64,000 nt of DNA from the human T2T-CHM13v2.0 reference genome, Homo sapiens: the NCBI RefSeq assembly GCF_009914755.1, contig NC_060944.1. The stretch is one strand, 5' to 3'. Below, one piece after another: positions 16,451 through 38,258 of the stretch (its first letter is position 1; every line of letters begins with the position of its first letter). A program made the translations under genes and the position numbers. The notes below the pieces were generated by a model, which did no database searches, had not been told where the DNA came from, and saw only the letters and a list, made by a program, of their open reading frames with translations.

Positions 16451-18009
16451 GCTTAGCTTGATTTTGCTTCCCAATGCTGCATCACGTGTGTCTGTGTTTA
16501 TTAACTCGACATCTTTTCGTGCTTCTGCCTTCCTTGATTTCTGGGACCTGCCTGGGACAGTGGAAGCTCTGGGGAGATAGGGGTAGGGGGCAGGCTCTGC
16601 AGGCTGGCACAGTGCCCTTACTGCCTGCATGTTAACACACAAATCGGGGTGGCTATTTAAATCGATTAGGGACTGTGCAAACACCATTATCAGGGGATTG
16701 TCTGCTCTCATCAGCCCAGAGAGAAATGTGTGGGATGGGGAAGCTGGTGCTGTGCAGCCTCGAAAGCCAGAGATTTCCTGGGCTGTGGCTGGAAGATCAG
16801 ATCCCAACCAGGGAAGGGAGATAGTGACCTACCTGGGACATCCACCCTCCCAGCCTGCACAGCACACACCTGGGCTCTGATCCAGCCCATCCTTTACCCC
16901 CGTAGAGGCCTGAAACAGCCTGGCCTCCCAATGTTAACTGGAGGCTATACACGCCCTGGTGGGGAAGTCCTCAACTGAGAGCCAGGCAGGTCTGGATTTG
17001 CAATCTCAGACTCTGCTGCTGCCTGGGTGAGGACCAATATGTGACTTACTTAGCCTCTCAGATGGTGATGGGAACCTCCTCACTAGGGTAGCACAAAGAG
17101 TGAAAAGTGCCCAGCATGGGGCTTGGCACATAGTAGGTGCTCACAAAACATCCGTGATTAAACTGACCAGCGAGGCTGAAGTGAAAGCCTTGATCAGTGG
17201 TCTGGCAGGTGCTGTCCCCTCCCCGCCCCTGCTTAGTCACTGGTTTTCTCAGCACTTAGGCACACCTGCATTTTGCCTTCACAACAGCCCTAGGAGGCAG
17301 GTACTGCCAGCAGCCTCATTTACACTGTGGTAAATGAGGCTGAGAGATGCAATGTGGCCCAAGGCCACAGAGCCAGGAGGTGGTAGAGCTGGGACTTAAA
17401 CCCAGGTTTGTAGAGGCCTGCTCGTAACCATCCCCAGATAAGGCTGCAAAGCTCAGACTGTATTCCTGCCCTTGAATATGGGGCTTGAGGCAGAGAGGCT
17501 GGGGGTGCAGGTCTCTCCCATCCCTGGGGGCAGGGGACATGCCTGGCTCCTGCCTGGGCTTCCCAGCAATGGATGGGTTCATCTCTCTCCCCTCCAGCTG
17601 GTCCGGCCCCCGTCCCCAGCATATACCAACCCCACCCCAGACCCAGATGGCTCAATTAGCTGGCCTGAGCACTATTGGCTTAGGTGGCTAGAACGCTTTT
17701 AATGAGATTGTGGGAGTTGAACCCTTAGGAAGGGCCAGGCAGGACCAAGGGCACAGCCGCCCCCTTCAGTCTTGGAGCCGGGGATGGGGAGGGGAAGGGT
17801 GGTGCATGGAGAGGAAGGAAACTGAGTCATCCAGGGCCTGGGAGTGGAGATAGTGTATTAACAACTATGTTGTACTCTGCCTTGAAGTGTGACTCTGGAC
17901 TAGTCCCTTCTCTGAGCCTCAGTTCCCTCATCTGGAAAATGATGACAACCTTAGCGTAAGAAGTGACCGATGGAAAACACCAGGAGGTACTAATAAACAA
18001 CAGCTCTCT

Positions 18010-19785
<1,776 letters not shown>

Positions 19786-20690
19786 AGGAGCTTTTCAACT
19801 TTGTTTAATGCATCTATATTGCCAACCACAAGCTGAGCTTACAGACTCCCGCAAAGGAGTCTGTACCCATTTCACAGATGACGTCACTGAGGCCCTCACC
19901 AAGGTCAAACAGTCAGGGCTGGATGCATTAAACCAAGGATGGGGCCCTTCAGAGAGTGGCCCAATTCTCTGACAGACCAATTCTTTGACAGACAGGACCA
20001 GAACTCTGGTCTCCTGGGCCCCTCTGGGCTCTCTCTGGAGACACCTAAGGGAACTTTAATGAGCTTCTTTTTCTTTTTTTAAAGTAGAATCTTTGTGGCT
20101 TCACTTGTCCCCTTTTGCAGGTAACTATTTGGAGGCAGAGGCTACAAACAACCTTTAATCCTGGTGGCTCACACCCTGCCCAGCCTCCCTCAAGCAGGCT
20201 CCAGACAATGAGTCAGGAATTCATGGACAAATAGGGCTCTGGGGCAGTGGGGCTTCTAAAAGTATGGCGTGTGGGCCAGGGAGGCAGAGCTTCTGATTCC
20301 CAAGAGGAGCCAGAAGTCAGGCTTTGGGTGTGCAATCTGTTTCAGTGTTGCCACATAGTTTTCACAGACACACGAGCCCAGACAAGCTGATTCACTCGCT
20401 GCAGCTTTGTTTGTGGTGTCAAAACTTGGGAAATAACCTAAGTGGCCATTGCCTGGGGATTGGCCAAATGAATTCAGTCCACATCATCTCTGCAGCCAGG
20501 AAAACACCTGGGCAGTTGTCTATAAGTGGACGTGGAGAGATGTCCAGGACATCTAGGTAAGTGCAAAAAGCAAAGTGCCAAATAGCAGCCATTTATGTTA
20601 AAAAAAAATCTATATAGTTAAGACCGGCTTTTCCCTTATTTCCTTTTAAAGTACTAGCATATTACATTGTTTTCTTTTAATTGTAAATTA

Positions 20691-21495
<805 letters not shown>

Positions 21496-23561
21496 TAAAG
21501 GAAATAAAAACACCATGTGGGTGACATAGAACATGTGACTAGGGTATGCCCCAGGCAGCTGCTCCATAAGGCACAGAAGACCTTTAATGACAACAATTTT
21601 ATCATGGGTGTTTAAAATATACTGAGCAGTTACTACATATCAGGCGCCTGCTGAAGTGATGTCCTTTTGCAGATGAGAAAACTGACCATCAGAGTGGTCA
21701 AGGAAGTAGCCCAAAGCCACCCAACTAGTCAGCAGAGACCAGAATTCCATGGCCAGAGGTCTGGCTCCTAAGATCCCGCTCTCGCCCCGCTCTATCCTGT
21801 TCCTGCTGCCCCTGGTCCCTCCCTCTATTCCCCATCACCCTATCACCTTGACGACATTCTGGGTCAGGAGCCCAGGCCCCCACTTAAGCAGCGGGGCCAG
21901 GCAGGTCCCTGTGAAGGGGTCAGGGCCAGAGCAGGTGAGAAGGGCTCCTCCTGTGTCCACCCTCTCTTCTTTTTAGGACTCTGTGCATGCTGTTCTCTTC
22001 ACTCCCTGTGCACCTGACACTGTTCCTGCAGATCTCACCCTGGAAACCTCCATCTCCAGGAAGCCATCCATGATGCCTCCTCTGACCCCACACTCCCCCC
22101 ACACGAGGCCCATTGCTCATGCCTGTGGCCTTGTCTACGTTTGTCTTTCCCTACCTAAATGTGAAGTCGGGAGGCCCAGAACCATGTCTGGCTCACTCAC
22201 CAGGGCCCTGACACTCAGTAAATGCTTGCAGAATGAGCAAATTCCCAACCACAATCCTAACGGACAACTCCATGGCTTTGTCTCTGGGTGCCGCTCACCG
22301 ACATACCTTGGGAAGGAAGTACTGGGTTCCCCATTTGTCATGATAGGGAAACTGAGGCTCAGGGAGAGAGAAGGCCTTCTCCAGGTCACACAACAGCAAG
22401 CTGCTCCTGACCTACCCTGACCCAGAACCAGGACAGCTGCCCTCCCCTGCCCCTTGAAAAGACCAAGGCTCAGAAGGGGAACGGAACACACCAGGGTTAC
22501 ATGCCCTTGGCTCCTTTTGTGCAGAAGAAGACCGTGAAGCCCAGGAAGGAGAAGGACCTCAACAGAGGTCACATAGCAGAGGTCACAGGGGCCTAGATCT
22601 CCTGGTTCCCCAATTCTCAGGCGAGGGCTGTTTCTCTTGAGCCACGCAGCACCCCCACTGCCCCAGCAGCCGCCCCAGCCTGGGGATCACCATGATCAGG
22701 CCCAGCAAGGCCTTCCCCTTTCTGATTCTTGTTTGTAGCCAAGGCCCAGGGCTCAGAAGCAGAAAACCCCGAGTGGGTGGGGTGGGAGGACACGGAGAGG
22801 CGGTGAGAAGGAAAGAACAAGTGAACCTTCCCGATCGACCTGCCTGCCTGCCCCACAGCATGCAGGGACAGGAAGTGGGCAGAGCCAACTGCAACATGAT
22901 CAAATAACAGTTACCCTAACAATGGCTGACACACACTGAAGCCTGTCATGCGCTGGGGTGTGGCCCATATCGGAGAGGTTGCAAACTGACTCCCTCTGAC
23001 ATGTTTTGCCCTCAGTTTTAAAAAGTGAGCTAAATTTGAAAATCACGTAAAATTCCTAGTTTCCTGCTTCCCTCAACAACACAGGGCTCTGGCCACCCTA
23101 GGCCTAAACAATAAGTAATAGCTGCCCCCATCCAATGGGATATGAGCTCCAGGTTCACCCTGGTCCTCTCCCTTCCCTGGGGTCTCACACTGGGTGGCCA
23201 GATTTGGTGGCAGCCCTGGCTGGGCCCCTGCAGTCATCTGAGTTTTTGAGTCTGAGGCACAGTCTCTCATTCAAGTATCAGCCCCTCAAGGAAGGAACTG
23301 AGTGATCTCATTTCCTAGACAAGGAAACTGAGGTTCAGAGCTGGGTTTGGATCCCAGACACATCAATGAGACATGTTAGCCTGGACGTTCGGGGCAGTCC
23401 TGAAACCAAAGATGATCCAGCTCTCTCCCCACGCCATGGAGAACGTCCTCCAAATCTGAATATTTTTCCATCTAAACTCCATCTCTCTTTGGCCTCTGGA
23501 AGCTGGATCCTTCTGCAGACCAAATACCTTAATTCTCATCCATAAAAAATGCATACACAAT

Positions 23562-23915
<354 letters not shown>

Positions 23916-24620
23916 TCACTGAGCAACTGGAACATGCCAGATACAGGGCTAAGATGATCTCAGCACCCCTCACCACCTCCTGGAGCTAGGGACCCTCTGT
24001 CCCATCCTTCAGAGAGAGAAGCTGGGCCTGGAGAGGTCAAGGCACTTGTCCAAAGTCACTTGAGGGTCACCAAAGTCACAGCATGGATCATCAGCCTGGC
24101 AGGGCCTGTGGGGTCAACTGGCCTAAACTGTATCACTTAACAGATGAGCAGACTGAGGTGGGGACAGGGAGGGTGGCTGCTCAGGACACAGGAGGCCCGG
24201 GCTGTCTTCTGGCTGTAGTGCTGAGGTCCTGCTATCAGAGCCAGCCCCTGGCTTGGCAGGGTTTGAAGATCTGAGCCAAAAGCAGTAGCCACTTATTGGC
24301 CTGAGGAAGGGGCTGGCCTCGTGTGGTAGGTATGGGGAGCTAGGAAGAGCAGGGGAGGCCTGGGGTCATGCCTTTGTCATCCTGCTTTCCAGGGGACAGG
24401 CTGCAGTCAAAGGCTTGGTGGGCCCAACTCTTCTGGTTCCAGGCAGAGACAAGCCCCAAATAAGCTGGACTTCTGAGGACCCCTGGCCTCCAGCAGACCC
24501 TCAGCCTCAGGGAGATGGGGGACAAGAGGTAGAGAGAAGGTGGGGATGAGAGATGGACAGAGGGACAAATAAGAGATGAGAGACAAATAAGGAATCAGAG
24601 CCATGGGAAGATGAGAAACA

Positions 24621-24930
24621 GGCTGAGTGCCGCGGCTCATGCCTGTAATCCCAGCACTTTAGGAGGCAAAGGTAGGAGGATCACTTGAGGTCAGGAGTTG
24701 GAGACCAGCCTGGGCAACATAACTAGATCCTGCCTCTACAAAAATAAAAATAAAAATTAGCTGGGCGTGGTGGCTCACACCTGCAATCTCGGCACTTTGG
24801 AGGCTGAGGCGGGAGGATCATTTGAGCTCAGAAGTTTTGGGTTGCAGTGAGCTGCAATCGCTCCATCACACTCCAGCCTAGGTAACAGAGCAAAACCTTG
24901 TCTCAAAAACAAACAAACAAAAAAACCGAA
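24621..24930 (+). mobile_element. AluJ-like element with TSD AGATGAGAAACA
   Basis: Diverged dimer with flanking direct repeat. Confidence 0.88.
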
Positions 24931-26479
24931 AGAAACAAAGATGAGAAACAGAGACAAAAGGAGCAAAAAACAGAAAGCCCATCTGGGGGACTGAACCCCT
25001 GGGTTCAGCTTTGGGAGTACAGGCCAGGACTCTCACCCAGTACTCCTGACACCCTCCACCTTTCCCTTCCCCCTGTGCCAAGAGCCTCTGTAATCCCCAG
25101 GGCAGGGGGCACCCACAGTTGGCCTGGGTGGGGTACAGGTGGATCAAGGACCGTGAGGCTGCACCCATGAAGCCTGGGGCACCTGAGAAGTAGCACACAC
25201 ATGGCCAGATTTCAGCTGGGACCTCCTGGGAAGCTGGACACCCGCCTCACCCTCTGGCCTGCCAAGCTGGCCAGGCCCTTCACAAACCCTGACATCTGGC
25301 ATGAGGTGGGCTGCTGCTGGGAAACTCAGCCCAGAACAGGACAGAACGGCTCCTGGGTCCTGCAGGACCAGGGCTCAACCTCTGGGCCAGACACTTGGGG
25401 CCTGCGAAATCAGGCTGTGGCCGCCTCCCTGCTGCACCTGTCACCATTCCCTCAGCCCCATGCTGCTCTGGTCCAACTACTCACAGCTCCCTACACACAG
25501 AGGCCCATTCTCTGCCACCTGCCCTGCACACATGCTGTTCTGATGATCCGGAATACTCGCCCCCACCTCCCACACACTCACCCCTGGCTGGCTGACTTCC
25601 ATAGTGAAGAGTAAGAACACAGAACCTAGCGCACCCCCACCCGGCCCAGTCCCGGGTTCCAGGCCTAGCCCTACTGCTGCCCGGTGCCCCGCCGTATGAC
25701 CTCAGGCAGCCTCTCCCATTTTCTAAGCCTCAGGAAATGTTCCAACAAAAGTGGACTGGGTGCTCATGAGGGGCCAAGCACTTTAATCAAACCAAATAGG
25801 TTCAGTCCCTGTCCTGCTGGCCTTCCCATCAGGTGAGGGCAGATGCGGGCCTAACCCCGATCAGGGTGAGCTTTAGGAAGAGCATGCCTGGGGTGGGGGT
25901 TGGGAGGGGTTGCAGCCTCCTCCTCTGTGAATGCAGTTAATATCAAGGTACAGCTCACACGGTTGTAGTGGGGATGCACGGAGAGCAGGTGAGGAAAATG
26001 CCAGCACAGTGAGGCTCAATCACTCGGCTATGTTGATTGCCATGATTATGGCTGTCAACTGTCACAGTGCCAAACCACCTCCAGCCCCAGTAATCTCAAA
26101 CATTCCGCTCCTAGAACCCAGGAACTTCTTCTACTCTTCCCTCCAGCCTACATGTGTCCTCCATATTCCCTAAACATGCCTGGCAAGCTCCCACCTCAGG
26201 GTCTCTGCATTTGTTGTTTCCCTGGTCTGGACCAACCCTTCTTCAAATATCCTCAAGGCTCCCTCCCTCCAGTCCTTCCTCCCTTCAGGCCTCACTTCGA
26301 ATGTCACCTGCTCAGGGAAGCCTTCACTGCCCCCTCCCTAAAATGTCATTCCTGTCCCCAACATTTCAGATCCCCCTCTCCTGCTATGTATTTGCTCCAC
26401 AGCGCTTGCCACCACTGGGCACGTGAGACAGTTATTTGTCAAGTTTATGGCCCGGCTATTTACTAAAATGCCAGCTCCG

Positions 26480-26788
26480 TTTTTTTCTTTTTCTTTTTTT
26501 TTGAGACAGAGTCTCGCTCTGTCATCCAGGCTGGAATGCAGTGGTGTGGTATTGGCTCACTGCAACAACCTCCGCCTCCTGGGTTCAAGAGATTATCCTG
26601 CCTCAGCCTCCTGAGTAGGTGGGATTACAGGGGCCTGCCACCATGCCCAGCTAATTTCTGTATTTTTAGTAGAGTCGGGGTTTCGCCATGTTGGCCAGGC
26701 TGGTCTCGAACTCCTGACCTCAAGTGATCCACCCACCTCGGCCTCCCAAAGTGCTAGGATTACGGGTGTGAGCCACCGCGCCCGGCCA
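26480..26788 (-). mobile_element. AluS
   Basis: Full reverse-complement dimer inside an L2-like context. Confidence 0.93.
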
Positions 26789-27369
26789 GCTCCATTTTTT
26801 TCTGTCTTGTTCACCATTCTGCCCCCAGAGCCTAGAACATGGACTAGAACATAGGTGTTCAATATGCACTGAGCCTGGTCTCTCACTTTTTCAGGCCCAG
26901 AGAGGTCAAATACTTCCCCAAGATCACACAGTGAGCAGATAGAAGCAGAGAGGCCAGTGGAAAGGAAGTTGGAGAAACCAGTTTGGCAAGTCTCCTCCCC
27001 TACCTCCAGGTCTGGAGGAGATAAAGGGCCTTGATTGCAGATTTGGGGCACCAGGCTGTCTGCAGACTCTGATTCAGGCATGGCTGTTCTTCAGAGAGTG
27101 AAGGGCACTTGGGGAAACCAGAAATGGACAAATATGCAATTGATCGTGGTGGAGTGGGGAAACAGCAATCCCTGGGGAGGCTCAGAATGCCTGGGAATGA
27201 TTTGGGCTGTCTGAAAGTAGGTAGGGTTCACAGGAGCAGGCAGAGCTGGACACTAAAGAGGGAGGCCCTTGAATCCTTATCCCCAATTCCCAGGTGGGGA
27301 GTTTGAGGACCAGAGAGGTGAGGCGGATCCCCCACAGCAAAGGTCAGACTACTGTTAACAACAGGGAGG

Positions 27370-27713
<344 letters not shown>

Positions 27714-29179
27714 CTACTGAATGCCAGTGGACGATCTCATTTCCACTTCCTAACACGAAGGGGCAGATAAACTTTAACTTGCAAGGAAACCAAGGGGAAA
27801 CAGAGACGGAAAGTGGCTTGGACCAGGTCATACAGCTGAATAACAGAGTCAGGATGTTAACCCTGGCCTACCCCCAGGAGAGCAGGAGGTTTTAAGTCCA
27901 TAGGCTGGGTGTCTTGGGTATAGGCCTGAAGAAACCATAGCGGCATGGACCAGGTGCCCAAGTCAGGTGTGAAAAATCACATACAGAGAATGGAGTGGTC
28001 TAGGACCCAGTGAGGAAATGCAAATGGTCCGTGGCCATGCCGCCTTTTAAGGAAGAGACGGCATGGAACCCAGGCCAGTGAGGGCAGAAAGCTAAGGTGC
28101 TAGTGACCCCAGGCCCACTCCAGGCAAGGGCTGCATGTGGTGCTTGGTGGCTGCCCCACAGAAAAAGGAAGGATGTCAGGATATTTGACAAACAAAGCTT
28201 CATTCCATGGTGACACCCAGGTAGAGGTGCCTCCCAGTCACCTGAACCAGGAGTTCTCAAAGGCACTTCCTTAACTCCTGGGGATATAGGGCCCTCCTGA
28301 GGCCAAACAATAAAATTCCTAGGGCTCACGTAGGAGTCACAAAAGTGGGTGTAGGGGGGGTGCTTGCTGGAGCATATACAGTGAGCAAAGCAGGAAGAAG
28401 CTAGGGAGAAACCGTGGCCTGAGGGAAAGGGACAGAGAGGGAGAGGTGAACTCCAACTTATGATCTGGTCTGGGGAATATGGGGGTTCCAGTCCCAAGTC
28501 CTAAGGAAGGGGCCAATACATGGATGTGAGGGAGGGGCAAGAGCTAGAGTTGGGGCTTATGTACAGGGGAGCTTACAGTGGGGTACATTCAGTCCCCTCA
28601 CTGCCTGGGATCCAGGAATATGGGGCAAGGACTGATGCTCACCACTGGAGGGTTGGGGAGAGGATATCGGTCTGTAGCCACTGAAGCTATCACTAGGATG
28701 GGGTTTTGGGGGAAGGGTGTGGGGGGTACCGTGCAGCTGGAAGCCCCTGAGTTAGGGTTCCCTGGGCAGAGGGGCTGACATTCCCAGGTTAGGGAGGTGA
28801 GGTCATTGTTTGCAGCCCAGGGCCTGGGCTAGGGCACAGAGGAGGTACTAGGATGTAGATTCCAGATCTGGGGAACCCAGGATGAGGTGTGACTTTTAGG
28901 GGCCTGAGGGCAGTGCTTACAGCTGAAGGGCAGCTTTGGGCTTGGACCGGGTCCTGGGGGGATGAGGGGGTGGGGTTCTAAGTCTAGGAGCACTCTTCAC
29001 AACCGAGAATGCCCCGGGGCTAGGATTCCGTATCTGCGGGTCCGATGGGAGCTCCGTTTGTCGCCCAGGGAGCTCATGGTAATTTCTTGATCTGGGGAGT
29101 GTCTCTGCAGCCAGGAAACCCCGGGGCCAAGGTTCTGGCTTGGGTTCGGAAGGGACACTGGGGTGGGGTCCCCGAACTT

Positions 29180-30090
29180 GCTATTTGCAAGTTAGACACC
29201 CGGGCTGGAGTTCCGCATCTGGGCCCGAGGTTGGGACTCCAGTCTGGGGTCGCTGTCCGCAGCCGGGGCTGGTGACCGCAGGCCTGGAGGGGGGCCCAGA
29301 GGTCTTACCTGGCGAGTAGAGCGCAGCCAGCTCGCGGGCCCCGGCGTGCTGCGCGCCCCAGCGGCAACAAGACGCCTCGTCCTCGTCCAGCTCCAGCTGC
29401 TGGCCCGGCCAGTCCTCGGCGCCCGCCATGGCCACTCGCCCGATCGGCCCGGTGCGCTCTGCTGGCGGCGGCGGCGGCAGGGCCGCGGAACCGCGGCGAG
29501 ATCACGCCGCCCAATGACCGCCCAGCGCCGGGCGCGGCGGCGGCGCGGGCGGGGTCCTCGCCCGGCCGCGCGTCACAGCCAATCGGGGCTCGCGCCGGAG
29601 CCGCGCAGGCCAATCGGACGTCGCTGAGCCGCAGCCAACCGCCGCGAGCCGGAGGCTGGGACGCAGCTGGACGCAGCTGGGCGCGGAAGCTTGGGGCGGA
29701 GGCGCGTGCCCGCCTTCCCAGCTCAGCCCCGGCAGGGCTCCCGGCTCCAGCCCACTGGGAGCTCGCGGCGCGTCGCCGCCCAGCTAGGCTTCGGTTCACG
29801 GGCCCATGCAATGGGCCGAGGCTGGGCCCAGAAATGGGCATTTCTTGAGCCGGCAGCGTTAAGCGCCCACTGTGTGCAAGGAACGCGAGGGCAGGGCGCC
29901 GGGCTGGGGCCGAGGCCAGGAAGCATTTGGCGGGTGCTCTGTACGATGCTCCCTAGCGAGGCCGATGGACAGTGGGCTGGTTTATCAAGCCCTACTGTGT
30001 GCAGAGGTTTCGGGTGCCATGTGTTCATCAGCTGTGTGCCAGCTCTGTGCTGTGCGCCCAAAGAGGAGAAACGTCGAGCCTGCCCCGCAT
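29180..30090. promoter_or_regulatory. PEDS1: CpG island / TATA-less promoter of PEDS1
   Basis: Very high GC and CpG density around exon 1; CCAAT at 29511, 29579 and 29610; GC boxes at 29547-29554 and 29693-29702; (GGC)5 at 29464-29478. Confidence 0.93.
29309..29429 (-). CDS. PEDS1: PEDS1/TMEM189 coding exon 1 (aa 1-40, MAGAEDWPGQQLELDEDEASCCRWGAQHAGARELAALYSP + 1 nt)
   Basis: ATG at 29429 in strong Kozak context (GCCATGG); donor CAG|GTAAGA at 29308; 121 nt; matches the recognised TMEM189 N-terminus. Confidence 0.97.
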
Positions 30091-30608
30091 CCTCCCCAGC
30101 TCATGTTCTCCCAGTGGCGAGGACAGTAAACTAATGAAAATGACACCTAGGGTCACTATGAGATTTGCTGAGCGCTTAATATCTGTCAGGTGCTGGACCA
30201 AGAGCTAGACGAGCAACATTTATTTGACTCTTAAACACCAATGGTATTGCCTCCTCAGAGAGCCCCACCACCACCACCCTGCTCAAAGGTGCCCCCTCCT
30301 CCAGTCACTGTGACATCACCCTGTTTTGTCTTCACAGCGCTTCTGGTGGGGATTGAGCTTGCAGTCCCTGTCTCTCCTATCAGAGAGCAAGCTCCTGAGG
30401 GCAGAGAACAGCTTTGTTTACAGCAGGGCCCCCGTGCCAGGATCGGGGCTGGAACATGGTAGAAGCTCAATAAATGCTTGATGAATGAATTAAGGCTCAG
30501 CCAGATGCGTCTAATACTTCGGCAGATAAATGACAGCAGCAGGGATTTACCCCAGGTCTAACCGACAACAAAGTATGCAATAATTTCTCATAGAAATTCC
30601 ATACAGGC

Positions 30609-31204
<596 letters not shown>

Positions 31205-32034
31205 TCCATACAGTGAGATCACATAGGAGCCTCCCTAGAGGCTGTGGAAGGTCCTGAAAGGTGCTGGGGGAGCAGAGAGGGAAGGTAAGATCCCCTTCCA
31301 GAATCCAGGTTCTCTGAGGGTTTAAGTCCTGGATTCCTGCACTACCAGTCACCCCAGGGCTGTTTCCTGAGTGTTCCTACCATAGACAGCCACTGTCCCC
31401 ACCCAGGCCTATGCTCCCTCCGTTTCTTTCCCACACCTGCTCCCAGGAAGGAAAAGCCACCTTCCAGTGGCAGGGATGGGTTGCAACCCAAGTCCTGGTG
31501 AATTCCGGTGAAGCTGGCTGGTTTTGCATCAGTATTAACAGCACAGTTAATCCAACAGTTGGATTTTTTAACCCAGGAGCTTAAGGCTTGGGTGGGGGGC
31601 GGCGGACGAGGGGGGGGGCGCGGTTGGTGGCTTTGGTGGGGGCTGGATGTCAGATTTCAGGTAAATACCTTCTAAAGCTCTCTGCTCGTATCCCACAGCC
31701 TCCAAACAGGGTAGGGTGGCTGGTTACTGCTGCTGTCCAGAGACCCTCACAGTGGCCAGCACCAGATGGTTGATGGACAGACTGCCTGAGATAACTCATT
31801 CCTTCATTCATGCACTGAACATGTTTATTAAACACCAACCTGTCCCAGGGAAACAGCAGGGAATGTGACAGAATCCCTGCTTTCTTGGGAGGTGGGGGTG
31901 AAGGTTAGGGAAGTCCTGTTTAAGAAGGTGACATTGGATCCAAGACCTAAAGGATATGGGGGAGACAGTTACTTAAAATGAGCTGGGAAGTCCCTTCCCT
32001 GTGGGGTTTTGAGTAGAGGAATGACATGATCTGA

Positions 32035-34860
<2,826 letters not shown>

Positions 34861-35448
34861 GCAGATGTATTTTAATGATTTGGCTGAATATGTGGGCTGC
34901 TAAGAAGTGGGCTTTGAGCCCACAGGAATTTAAAAAAAACCCAGGCCATAGCCTGGCAGAAGGACCAGGGGGCCTCAGAGAGTATACCAGGCTGTGAGAA
35001 GAGCCTCAGAGGCAAGCAGGGATGGCCATGTGGTCAGGATGTCGGGGGCTCCTGAGAGGCTGTGTGTGCCCAGCAGAGCCACCTGTTCCCTGATCCAGTC
35101 ACTGAGCACATCTCCTCACCCCCAGCAGGGCTTCCTACCCAGCAGAAAGTGCCCCAGGCAGTGCTCTGGCCCTGTTGCGGGCTTTAGGCCAACACCCTCA
35201 GTGTGTCCACCTCCTGACAAGGGACAAGAGTGTGGACAGGAAGGCTTCCTTCCCTGGGGGTGGGGGGTGTCCTGGAGGGACTGATCAGAACCAGATGTTG
35301 CCTGTCTGGACTGTGGCACAGCTGTCCCCAAACTTCCTCTTTTCCACAAAAGGTTCTTTTCGAAACATGTGAGACATGGGCATGTGGATATCTGTTCCTG
35401 GCTGCCGACATCCATTCCTGCTCCTTCATAGAAATAATACCCTGAATT

Positions 35449-35738
35449 GGCTGGGTACGGTGGCTCACGCCTGTAATCCCAGCACTTTGGGAGGCCAAGG
35501 CAGGCGGATCATGAGGTCAGGACATCGAGACCATGCTGGCTAACATGGTGAAACCCCGTCCCTACTAAAAATACAAAAAAAGTAGCCGGGTGTGGTGGCA
35601 CGTGCCTGTAGTCCCAGCTACTCGGGAGGCTGGGGCAGGAGAATCGCTGAACCCGGGAGGTGTAGGTTGCAGTGAGCCAAGATCACACTCCAGCCTGGGT
35701 GACAGAGTGAGACTCCATCTCAAAAAAGAAAAAAAAAA
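35449..35738 (+). mobile_element. Alu
   Basis: Dimer with A tail and CCCTGAA flanking repeat. Confidence 0.92.
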
Positions 35739-36294
35739 ATGCCCTGAAGTTTTGGAGGAATCTCTCTTGCTGCCCCTGTTCTCAGCCCCTGAATTTAGCA
35801 CAAGCCAAGCTACATTGTCCAGTCCCCTGGGATGCAGTGATTGGTTCAGGGATGAGCATGTGACTTCAGATGGTCTATGACAGTGGACTTCAGGATCCTG
35901 GTATGGAATTGGGATGTGAATAAGAAAGCAAGTCTCATCAGAATCTGCTGGCAGCCATGGGGGCATCATCCTCAGGGTGAGTGCAACATTAGAGGAAGCA
36001 AAAAGGAGAGACCAAGAGAAACCAGGTCCTTGCTGAGACCTTTAAGTGCCTGGATCAAGCTTCACCTGAAAGCAGCCCTACCTTTCCAGTCAGACAGACT
36101 TAGGTTAAGTCTCAGCTCCACCACTTGTGTGCTGTGTGACCATGGGCAAATTATTTACTCTCTCAGGATGTCAGTTTCCTCCTGTAAAAATGGGGATCCT
36201 AGCAGAGTGCCAGCTTCATAGGGTTGTTATGAAGATAAGTTAATACATACATAGTTGTTAGAAGAGTGCCTGGTATATTGTAAACCCTCAATAA

Positions 36295-37989
<1,695 letters not shown>

Positions 37990-38200
37990 TTAGCGGGGAA
38001 TAAAAGGCCAGGAGGCCAGGAAGGGCGGAGTCCAGCTCCGTATCGGTGGTGGTTGAAGCTATCTTTGTGTTATGGCCACATCAGGGGTTCCCTTGCATCA
38101 ATCTTCTTATCTGTGAGGGGGACATAGAGGTGCATTTGTTTGGATTAGATTTGACTATAAGCCACAGATATCCCAAAGTTATAGTGGCTTAAACATGGCA

Positions 38201-38201
<1 letters not shown>

Positions 38202-38239
<38 letters not shown>

Positions 38240-38258
38240 CACACACACACACACACAC
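38202..38258. repeat. Interrupted (CA)n microsatellite within a MaLR (MLT1-like) LTR remnant
   Basis: About 28 AC units with a single T interruption. Confidence 0.93.

Noticed and set aside
29305-30134. Ala/Arg/Gly-rich ORFs over the CpG island
   Set aside because: Stop-codon depletion is expected in GC-rich DNA; no upstream AUG seen immediately 5' of the PEDS1 start
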